Shown one piece after another: positions 18,887 to 26,699 of a DNA stretch of 45,180 nt. The translations under genes and the position numbers were made by a program. Every line of letters begins with the position of its first letter. The stretch's first letter is position 1. The notes below the pieces were generated by a model, which saw only the letters and a list, made by a program, of their open reading frames with translations, searched no databases and was not told the DNA's origin. This stretch comes from a virus (taxonomy: Duplodnaviria; Caudoviricetes), in the IMG/VR virus record IMGVR_UViG_3300028586_000032, positions 1 through 45,180 of that record; one strand, 5' to 3'.

Positions 18887-18908
18887 GTCTCAGGACCCAA
18901 GCCAACGC

Positions 18909-18934
18909 AAGCCCCAGTGGAAACACTGGGGCTT
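18909..18934 (+). terminator. Intrinsic terminator after capsid gene
   Basis: aagccccagtg-gaaa-cactggggctt. Confidence 0.8.
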
Positions 18935-18957
18935 CGCCATGTCCGAATAAATATCGG

Positions 18958-19350
18958 ATGGACATCACAGTATCTGAGGCGAACGCCTACCACGCACTTA
19001 GGGGCAATGAGGACTGGCAGTTCTTTGGCAGTGATGCCGAAAAGCTGGCCGCTCTCTATCGCGCCTCAGACTTCATTCGCCGCACCTACCGGCTAATTAC
19101 GAGCGACGTTTCGGACGCGCTTGTTCGCGAAGCCACGATCATGCTGGCACCCACGATCGACAAGCTGGCCGAGCGTCAAGCAGCGGCTTCCATCGAGAGC
19201 ATGAAGGAGTCCCTTGAGGGCGTCGGCTCGACGGAAACGAAGTTCCGTATTTCGGAAGATCCTTTCCCCGAAATCAGCGGCCTCCTTGCCCCTGTTGCCG
19301 CCGCAAGCGGTGGCTCTGGTGGCCTGACCATGATGCGGATCGTCCGCTAA
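18958..19350 (+). CDS. Head-tail adaptor
   Basis: TVSEANAYH..RG...W...K.AAL.RASDFI pattern; position after capsid. Confidence 0.75.
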   Translation: MDITVSEANAYHALRGNEDWQFFGSDAEKLAALYRASDFIRRTYRLITSDVSDALVREATIMLAPTIDKLAERQAAASIESMKESLEGVGSTETKFRISEDPFPEISGLLAPVAAASGGSGGLTMMRIVR

Positions 19351-19667
19351 TGGACCTCAAGGCATCTCGCGCTCTGGCAAACCGATTGCTGGCGAAGTTC
19401 GACGCCAAGCCCGGTGTGGTTACGAAGACCAGCACGGCTATCAACGCCGTTGAACCTGAGCAGGCTGCAAAGGTGCTGGTGCGTATCACCACCCGCGAGG
19501 CGAACACCACCGAAGCCAAGATCAACGCCATCATCACCGCAACACCGTTCGCGGTTGAGGGCTGCTCGCTCAGAGTGGACGGCAACACCTACGACATCAT
19601 CGAAGTTGTGCAGTCCGGCACCGGCGACGGCATTATCACCCAGCGGGTCGTGCTGCATGGGCGCTAA
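19350..19667 (+). CDS. Head closure protein (putative)
   Basis: Synteny; beta-rich with DGNTYDIIEV motif. Confidence 0.6.
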   Translation: MDLKASRALANRLLAKFDAKPGVVTKTSTAINAVEPEQAAKVLVRITTREANTTEAKINAIITATPFAVEGCSLRVDGNTYDIIEVVQSGTGDGIITQRVVLHGR

Positions 19668-19998
19668 GGGCTTCGATCGGCTTATCCAGAAGGTAACGCG
19701 CATCCGCAACGCGGTCGCTGACGTGCCCCAAAAGGCCGCCGCTGCGTGGGTGGAAGAAGACTTCAAGCCGGTTGCTCAGGCCCTCGCTCCCGTTCGGACT
19801 GGCGAACTCCGCGACAGCATCGACGGACGAGTGACCAAGACCCGCGTGACCGTGTTCGCGGACGCTCCCCATGCTCGATACGTCGAAGAGGGAACCAGCG
19901 TAGCACCCGCGCAACCATTCATGGGACCGGCCTTCGATCAAACGAGGGACAAGCTCAAACAGCGCATCCGCGATGAGATTAAGAAGGCAACGCAATGA
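19657..19998 (+). CDS. HK97 gp10-family tail completion protein
   Basis: APVRTGELRDSI, YVEEGT, AQPFMGPAF motifs. Confidence 0.88.
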   Translation: MGAKGFDRLIQKVTRIRNAVADVPQKAAAAWVEEDFKPVAQALAPVRTGELRDSIDGRVTKTRVTVFADAPHARYVEEGTSVAPAQPFMGPAFDQTRDKLKQRIRDEIKKATQ

Positions 19999-20348
19999 CC
20001 CAGACGGCTGACCTAGCAAAGCACATTCAGGACTTGATTGCAGCCGATCCGGCAATCACGCGAGACCTGCCCCGCGAGTGGTTTTACCCACATATCCCGC
20101 CCAAGCTGCCAGCGATCTATCTGGATGGCGTTGTGTTGACCGATGATAAGCAGGACCGCTGGACCTTCAATATCTGCTTTGTGACTACGGACATGACCCT
20201 CAATGCCATTGAACGGGGCAAGCAGATCATGCGGGCTTTGCAGGTAAGTCACTGCATTCAAGCTCAAGGACTATTACCTAGGCCGGAAGTTGAATTGAAG
20301 CGCAACCGCTTCATCATTCCCTGCGTGGCCTACATGAAGGGCCTCTAA
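19995..20348 (+). CDS. Tail terminator (putative)
   Basis: Synteny and size. Confidence 0.55.
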   Translation: MTQTADLAKHIQDLIAADPAITRDLPREWFYPHIPPKLPAIYLDGVVLTDDKQDRWTFNICFVTTDMTLNAIERGKQIMRALQVSHCIQAQGLLPRPEVELKRNRFIIPCVAYMKGL

Positions 20349-20408
20349 ACGCCATCCACTGGCCCATAGCTAAATAGTTGCATCCGCATAGCTATGGGAG
20401 GATGCCAC

Positions 20409-20867
20409 ATGGCAACTGAATCACTAAAACTAGGTAAGGCTTGCCGTGTGTTCATCGGTAAGACAGCAGATGCATCAACTGATGCTGCTTTCATTCTCGT
20501 TGAGAACGAAAACGAGCTAACGCTCAGCTACAGCGTCGATGCTCAGGAAGTATCGACCAAGTCCGTTGGTAAGGTCTCGCTACCCGGCGACGAAACCTAC
20601 GAACTGACCTTCACCACCAACGCTGCTCTGGCTGACGCCGCTGCGCTTTTGCTGGCTCGCGCTCGCAACAAGTCGTGGCCGTATCAGATTCGCGAAGGCG
20701 ACAAGAAGTGGTTTGTAGGCAAGTTCCTGCTCACTGGTATTGAGCACACCGCAGGCGCTGTTGGCGTCCGCGAGGGCAGCTACACGCTGACCAACTCCGG
20801 TCCAGTGACCGAGTATGATCCAGCAACTGGAACCGCACTCGACACCGTTGAGGCACCTGGAGCCTAA
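20409..20867 (+). CDS. Tail tube (major tail) protein
   Basis: EVSTK, G.F.LT..E, YTLTNSGPV pattern; precedes chaperone and tape measure. Confidence 0.8.
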   Translation: MATESLKLGKACRVFIGKTADASTDAAFILVENENELTLSYSVDAQEVSTKSVGKVSLPGDETYELTFTTNAALADAAALLLARARNKSWPYQIREGDKKWFVGKFLLTGIEHTAGAVGVREGSYTLTNSGPVTEYDPATGTALDTVEAPGA

Positions 20868-20923
20868 CACCAATGGCGGGGCCAACGTGTCCCGCCAACG
20901 GATGCCAATAAGGGAGAACAAAT

Positions 20924-21271
20924 ATGGCATTGAAGAACCGCATTGGAACGGCAACTTACGAATATGACGGCGACAGCATCAAGTTGGCTGCGACGTTTGC
21001 CGCTATGGAGCAGCTTTCCGAGGAGGTCGGAATGGATGCGCTGGAATACATTCAGAGCGCAACGACGCTTCGCGCAATCACGGAGTTGTTCTTTCACCTA
21101 CAGGTGGATACGAATTATACTCGCGAGGAAATCTACAACGCCTTCTTCGCTGAGGTGGCCATCTTTGAAAAGAAGGTCATTCAGGAGAAGCTGAACGATT
21201 GCTTGGAAACGGTCATGGGCAAGAAGCGTGCTGCAATGATCAACGAGAGCAAGGACGCCCAAAAAAAGTAA
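20924..21271 (+). CDS. Tail assembly chaperone (gpG-like)
   Basis: Between tube and tape measure; ends in slippery A AAA AAG just before stop. Confidence 0.8.
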   Translation: MALKNRIGTATYEYDGDSIKLAATFAAMEQLSEEVGMDALEYIQSATTLRAITELFFHLQVDTNYTREEIYNAFFAEVAIFEKKVIQEKLNDCLETVMGKKRAAMINESKDAQKK

Positions 21272-21495
21272 GCAAGTTGAAGCTGCATGAGGCAGCTTAT
21301 TACAACTTGATTCAGCTTCACATTCAGCCCTCAGAGATTCGCGCCATGACGTGGCCCGAGTATTTGGGGGTTGTTCTTGGGTTTCAAGAACAAGAAGAAA
21401 ACGAAGAAGCCAGCGATGAGCCTATGAGCGCCGCTGATGCTTCCGCTCGTTTTCGACGTGCCCGCGACAGCGTTACTGGTCGCATCCCTCAATAA
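21262..21495 (+). CDS. -1 frameshift extension of chaperone (gpT-like)
   Basis: Slippery heptamer AAAAAAG at 21262-21268; -1 frame open to 21495 with PSEIRAMTW.E motif. Confidence 0.8.
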   Translation, partial: KKVSKLKLHEAAYYNLIQLHIQPSEIRAMTWPEYLGVVLGFQEQEENEEASDEPMSAADASARFRRARDSVTGRIPQ

Positions 21496-21525
21496 ATAGC
21501 TGACACTAATGGAGGCGCTTATTGA

Positions 21526-24500
21526 ATGGCTGATGCTGTAGAAATTGATGTTGGCTTTAACGGCCTGCCAGCATTCCGTGGCCTTGACCAGCTTCGCAGC
21601 TTGCTTGGCAAAACCAAGACCTCCGCTGAGCGTGACACCTCCTCAATCCGTCGCAGCCTTGAGAGCATCAATGACACGCGCGTTCGTAGCAGCTTGCTCG
21701 ACGGACTGGACAGTCAGCTAGGCCGGTCGCGCACGGGAATCCAAGGCGCGGTTTCTGGTATCACGAGCAGCCTTGGCAGCATCGCCCCGGCTCTCTCGGG
21801 TATCACTGGCGCCATCCCCGGCATGGGTCTGCTTGCCGCCGCAACAGTCGGTGTGGCAGCGGGCATCGGGGCGATCGGTAAGGCATCCCTAGATGCAGCG
21901 GCCAAGGTCGAGGCGTGGAAGGCCAACCTCCTCACTATCACCGGTTCCAGCCAGAAGGCCGAAGACAGCTACGCGGCCCTCGTTAAGTTCGCGAGCAAGA
22001 CGCCTTTCGATCTCAACCAGAGTGTTGAGGGCTTCATTAAGCTGCGAACGCTCGGCCTACAGGCGACTGAGAAGGCCCTAATGAGCTTCGGCAACACTGC
22101 CGCAGCTATGGGCAAGCCGCTCAACCAGATGATCGAAGCGGTTGCCGATGCAGCGACCGGTGAGTTTGAACGCCTCAAGGAATTCGGCATCAAGTCGAAG
22201 GTCCAGGGCGACAAGGTCAAGTTCACCTTTGGTGGTGTGGCGACCAGCGTTCAGAACAACGCGGCGTCTATCCAGAAATATCTGGAAGACCTCGGTAACA
22301 CGAAATTCGGCGGCGCAATGGCCCGCCAGATGGACACCATCAACGGTGCGCTGTCGAACGTAGAAGACGCCAGTTTTCAGGCTCTGGCTGCTATCGGCGG
22401 CGGTCAGTTGGGCGAGGCGTTTAAGGGCATCCTCAAGACCATCGCAGCCGGTATCGGCGCGATCACGCCCCTGCTGGGCTCGCTTGGCAACTTCATCGGA
22501 TCCATTGTCGGCACAGTCGGCAAAATCCTGAACAGCTTCGCGGCGCTGTGGTCGAACGTGAACACCGGCGGTGCAGGCGTCACCCCGATTCTCGAAAACC
22601 TCGCTAGTGTTTTCAATCTGCTGGCGAAGGGGGTCGCGTTCTTTGGTGATGCGATTGCCAGCGCGTTCAGCGGCATCAGCGGGTTCGTCAGTAGCGCCCG
22701 CAATAGCATCGCTGATTATCTGGGCATCACTAACCAAGCGTCGAAGAACACGGCAAGCTGGGGCGATCTAGCCGAAGCCGCATGGGAGCAGATTGGCTCC
22801 GCCGCAGGCACGGCAAAGACAGCCATCACGGCTGCGCTGTCGGATATGTGGTCGGGGACCAAGGGCGCACTCAGCGACATTGGTTCATTCCTTGGTGATG
22901 CGTTCTCCGGTCCAATCGAAGGCATCAAGAGCGCATGGAGCGGCTTGAGCGGCTATTTCAGCGATCTATTCGAGGGTCTGGATTTCAGCCCCGCTGGTAT
23001 CGTTCAGGGTGCGGCGCGTGTCGTTGACCAGCTCGTCGGCACATTCCGCGGTGGCGTAGCTGCCATCCGTGTTCTGTTCGATGGCCTACCCGGTGCCATT
23101 TACGCCAGCCTCAGCCCCGGCTTCCAGACGATCGTATCTGGTGCAAAGACGATCTTCGTCGGCATCGCGAACGCAATCGGTTCGGTTTACAACGCCATCG
23201 TTGGTTTCGGTAAGAGCGTCGCCAGCAATGTGGCCTCCGTGTTCAACGCCGTTGGCAGCTTTATCGAGAAGTGGGTCAACAAGGCCGTCAGCGGCATCAA
23301 CACCATCATCGGCGCAGCCAATAAGCTGGGCGCTGGTATCGCGACGGTTGCTCAGGTCAAAATCGGTCAGGTCCAAGCGCCAAAGGCTGGTGCTGGCGAA
23401 AAGAGCGCCTTTAGCAAGCTGGGTGCCGACATGGGCGCAGCGTTCAAGGGCGGCTTTGGCCATGAAGCTGAGAACATCGCCAAGGGCGTAATTGCTCGCG
23501 CGAATGCCCTCAGCAAGAAGCGCGGCAGCGGTTCCGCTGGGGGTCTGGATAGCGGCACTGTCGTGACCCCGAAGCCCGACGCAAAGGACGGCAAGGGCGG
23601 CAAAAAGGGTGGCAAGTCGGATGCTGAAAAGGCCGCTGAGGACGCGGCGCGTAAGGCAGCAGAGGCTACCAAGAAATACGAAGACGCCGTTGCCAGCCTG
23701 AACAACCGCATTGCGGACCTGACACTCACGCAGGAGCAAAAGGCGCTCGCGGACGAACTGGAACGCGCAGGACTCAGCCGTGACGTTAAGCAGGTCAATG
23801 AGAAGGCAAACGCAATCCGTGCCTTGTTCAAGACCCTGCGTGATGGTGAACAGGCCAAGAAGGTCGGTGAGGTTCTAGCGGACTTCAACAAGAGCGTTCG
23901 CGAACTGGGATACTCGGCTGAGCAGCTTGCACAGGTGGAAGCCCGCCGTCGTGCCGGTCTGCCAGAAGACCTCAGCATCACGACGGATTTGACGCGGAAA
24001 ATCGACGCGCAGGCAGCGTCGTTCTACCGTCTGCAGAAGGCCAAGGAAAACGCCAACGCAGTCAAGGAAATCCAAAAGACCCAGACGGAGCGCGGCCAAG
24101 ACCTAGCTACCGACCGCTCGGCCAACGCCAATCCCGCTAAGGCCGGAGATGATCGCGCCATGTTGCGTATCGAGCGCGAACGCGCTGCCAACGTCGAGAA
24201 AATCCGCGCTCTCGAGGGCATCAGCGCAGCCAAGAAGGCTGAACTGGTCGCCAACGAAAACAACCTGGCCGTGCAGGAGCAACAGGCTGTTGTCATGGCT
24301 CGTCAGACTGAGACGGCCAACCAGCTAACCAGCTTCCTGACCAACCTCTGGGACAACCCACGCGAGGCAATGAAGCAGTTCTTCAAGGACATGCTCAAGC
24401 GCATCATCGAGGCCACGTTGAAGGCCGCGATTCTTGGCGAGAAGCTAGGCGGTGCGGGCGGCTTCGGCGGCCTCATCAAGTCGGTAATCGGCGGCGCGCT

Positions 24501-24783
24501 CGGCGGTCGTGCAACCGGTGGCAGCGTTCGTGCCGGCGATGTTCGCATGGTTGGTGAGAACGGACCAGAAATGGTCAAGTTCGGTGCCGCTGGTCAGGTG
24601 TTCAACGCACGGAAAACCCGTGGAATGAACGGCGGCGGCACATCGGTGTCGATGGGTGAAACGCACATCCACATTCAGGGCGGCGTCAGCAACGACAGCA
24701 TGGCGCAGCTTCGTGCCCAACAGGCCGCTTACGAGCGCACGCTGATGGCCAAAATCGATAATCGCATCAAGCAGACGAGGTAA
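21526..24783 (+). CDS. Tape measure protein
   Basis: 1085 aa Ala/Gly-rich; FASKTPF, GEFERLKEFGI, C-terminal RATGG..VGENGPE. Confidence 0.95.
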   Translation: MADAVEIDVGFNGLPAFRGLDQLRSLLGKTKTSAERDTSSIRRSLESINDTRVRSSLLDGLDSQLGRSRTGIQGAVSGITSSLGSIAPALSGITGAIPGMGLLAAATVGVAAGIGAIGKASLDAAAKVEAWKANLLTITGSSQKAEDSYAALVKFASKTPFDLNQSVEGFIKLRTLGLQATEKALMSFGNTAAAMGKPLNQMIEAVADAATGEFERLKEFGIKSKVQGDKVKFTFGGVATSVQNNAASIQKYLEDLGNTKFGGAMARQMDTINGALSNVEDASFQALAAIGGGQLGEAFKGILKTIAAGIGAITPLLGSLGNFIGSIVGTVGKILNSFAALWSNVNTGGAGVTPILENLASVFNLLAKGVAFFGDAIASAFSGISGFVSSARNSIADYLGITNQASKNTASWGDLAEAAWEQIGSAAGTAKTAITAALSDMWSGTKGALSDIGSFLGDAFSGPIEGIKSAWSGLSGYFSDLFEGLDFSPAGIVQGAARVVDQLVGTFRGGVAAIRVLFDGLPGAIYASLSPGFQTIVSGAKTIFVGIANAIGSVYNAIVGFGKSVASNVASVFNAVGSFIEKWVNKAVSGINTIIGAANKLGAGIATVAQVKIGQVQAPKAGAGEKSAFSKLGADMGAAFKGGFGHEAENIAKGVIARANALSKKRGSGSAGGLDSGTVVTPKPDAKDGKGGKKGGKSDAEKAAEDAARKAAEATKKYEDAVASLNNRIADLTLTQEQKALADELERAGLSRDVKQVNEKANAIRALFKTLRDGEQAKKVGEVLADFNKSVRELGYSAEQLAQVEARRRAGLPEDLSITTDLTRKIDAQAASFYRLQKAKENANAVKEIQKTQTERGQDLATDRSANANPAKAGDDRAMLRIERERAANVEKIRALEGISAAKKAELVANENNLAVQEQQAVVMARQTETANQLTSFLTNLWDNPREAMKQFFKDMLKRIIEATLKAAILGEKLGGAGGFGGLIKSVIGGALGGRATGGSVRAGDVRMVGENGPEMVKFGAAGQVFNARKTRGMNGGGTSVSMGETHIHIQGGVSNDSMAQLRAQQAAYERTLMAKIDNRIKQTR

Positions 24784-24785
24784 AC

Positions 24786-25118
24786 ATGCCCGCTCTACCA
24801 TACCAACCCCAATTGCTCGTTCCTATCGAATGGGCAATCACGCCGATCAAGACGACCATGCAGACCGGGGCGCTCACTATGAGTGGCACAATCGGCTGGC
24901 GTGCGTATCGCGAGACAGCAACGCTCGTCTGGACGCTGTCAAAGGCGGATGCCTTGGTATTGCTGAACCAGCTAAAGGCCAGCGCATTCAATGCGGTGTA
25001 TGATTACACCTGCACGGTCCGTGGCCAGATTCGCGTTCGTCCAACGGATAGCTGCGGTTTTCAGGAAACCCGAGGCTTCTTGAACGTCACCGTATCGGTG
25101 TCGGTCGAGGTCGTATGA
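24786..25118 (+). CDS. Distal tail protein (lambda gpM-like)
   Basis: Synteny and size after tape measure. Confidence 0.6.
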   Translation: MPALPYQPQLLVPIEWAITPIKTTMQTGALTMSGTIGWRAYRETATLVWTLSKADALVLLNQLKASAFNAVYDYTCTVRGQIRVRPTDSCGFQETRGFLNVTVSVSVEVV

Positions 25119-25624
25119 CCCAATTGAACACGACCACCTTTGATGGCCTAATCGAATTCATCGAATTGGACCTGACGGGTTTTGGCGATGCCGTTTACCG
25201 CTACGTCAACACCAGCACATTTGTGGCTGAGCTACCTGAGTTTGGAACGATCCGCTTCCGTGGACAGGATTATCAGCCCTATCCGTTTATCTCGTCGGGC
25301 TTCCAGCGGGGCGGCGAAAACCTCGTCCAGCCCTCGATCATGCTTCCAGATTTCATGGGCGCTATGGCTGTGGTGCTTGCCCAGTATGACAACGCGCCCG
25401 GTGCGCCCGTTACGCGCTATCAGGCGCTCAAAGCGGACGTCATCAGCGGCAACCAGCAAGCCGCGTTTCAGACCGAGTTGTATCTCCTCGACAGTGTGAG
25501 CAGTGACGGGTTGCAGCTAGAGCTATCGCTAGCAACGCACCTTGACTTCAAGCGCGCCAAGTTCCCCGGCTTTAAGATGACGAGAGAGTTTTACCCAGGA
25601 CTTGGCTCTAACCTCCAGCGTTAA
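25115..25624 (+). CDS. Minor tail protein (lambda gpL-like, short)
   Basis: IEFIELDLT.FG, I.F.G..Y.PYP...SGF, P.I, LELSLA pattern; no C-terminal Cys cluster. Confidence 0.75.
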   Translation: MTQLNTTTFDGLIEFIELDLTGFGDAVYRYVNTSTFVAELPEFGTIRFRGQDYQPYPFISSGFQRGGENLVQPSIMLPDFMGAMAVVLAQYDNAPGAPVTRYQALKADVISGNQQAAFQTELYLLDSVSSDGLQLELSLATHLDFKRAKFPGFKMTREFYPGLGSNLQR

Positions 25625-25769
25625 GAGCAGTGGCTAATAAAACTAACACTAAGAATAAGACAGTTGATGTAAACTAACATAACTTAAGAACGCTTGCGCA
25701 CGTCATTTTCGTGTGGCACCGCCCTCCTTGGCGCTCGGCATTTCGCCGACCGACCAAAGAGGAGAAGTT

Positions 25770-25892
25770 ATGATCACACTTACTGCCATTACCACGATTA
25801 CCGCACTATTCGTTTCCGCCGGAGCCATGTTTGAGGGCGCGGCAAAAGTCATTTCTGCCATTCGAGGCGTGAAACCCGCACTGGGGGCGTAA
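25770..25892 (+). CDS. 40-aa hydrophobic peptide (type I toxin-like moron)
   Basis: MITLTAITTITALFVSAGAMFEGAAKVISAIRGVKPALGA*, AGAGGAG SD inside a predicted hairpin. Confidence 0.65.
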   Translation: MITLTAITTITALFVSAGAMFEGAAKVISAIRGVKPALGA

Positions 25893-25955
25893 TAGTTAGA
25901 CTGTCCCGGCAGGCCAATCCTGCCGGGCAGTCGTCAGCGGTTGCTTAAATAGTGG

Positions 25956-26699
25956 ATGCTGCCGCTAACCGATGACCTTTGGAATCAAATCAAACCAGTA
26001 TTCGCACAAGCCTTCCCCAAGGAGGCTGTCGTTGCAATCTGGCCGGATGGCACTTGGCGGCAATTTCTTAATACGCATCCCGAGCCACTAGCCGCTTTCA
26101 GCTTGTCCCACGAGGACAACGCCTTGTTGCTCAGCAAGCGTCCTGCGCTGTTTCTTCATAGTCACCCACACGGCTCTGCTGAACCCAGCGACCGCGATAC
26201 AGAAAACCAACTAGCCACAGGCTGGACTTGGGGGATCGTTGCCATTCAGGGCAGCGAGGCCGGTGTCTATGATGTCGCGTATCCAGAAATCTGGGGACCT
26301 GAGAAACCCGCTGAGCCCCTGCTAGGTCGCAGCTACCTTTGGGGCGTCCGCGACTGCTGGACCCTTTGCATGGACTTCTACGGGGCGGAAAACAGAAAGC
26401 TCGTCCCGATCCCCCGTGTCCGCAATCCCGGCGATCATCACGCCCATGCGCGTGCCCGTGATCCCTTCCGTTACTGGCCATCCCGGCTCGGTTTCAAACC
26501 CATCGAACGCCACCAGCGACAGCGTGGCGACCTCGCAATCATGTTCTGGAACAGCCCGATCGCCAACCACTGCGCGGTCTATCTGGGCGAAGGCAAATAC
26601 CTCCATCAACTGAGCGGACGGCTCAGTGAGGAATGGTGCCCGCACCATGAGGAGAAGGCGATCGAAAAATACGCAATGCAGTTTTGGAGGTTGAAGTGA
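25956..26699 (+). CDS. Tail assembly protein K-like (JAB/MPN + NlpC/P60)
   Basis: FPKEA, HSHP....PSDRD; DCWTL and NHCAVYLG...LH. Confidence 0.92.
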   Translation: MLPLTDDLWNQIKPVFAQAFPKEAVVAIWPDGTWRQFLNTHPEPLAAFSLSHEDNALLLSKRPALFLHSHPHGSAEPSDRDTENQLATGWTWGIVAIQGSEAGVYDVAYPEIWGPEKPAEPLLGRSYLWGVRDCWTLCMDFYGAENRKLVPIPRVRNPGDHHAHARARDPFRYWPSRLGFKPIERHQRQRGDLAIMFWNSPIANHCAVYLGEGKYLHQLSGRLSEEWCPHHEEKAIEKYAMQFWRLK

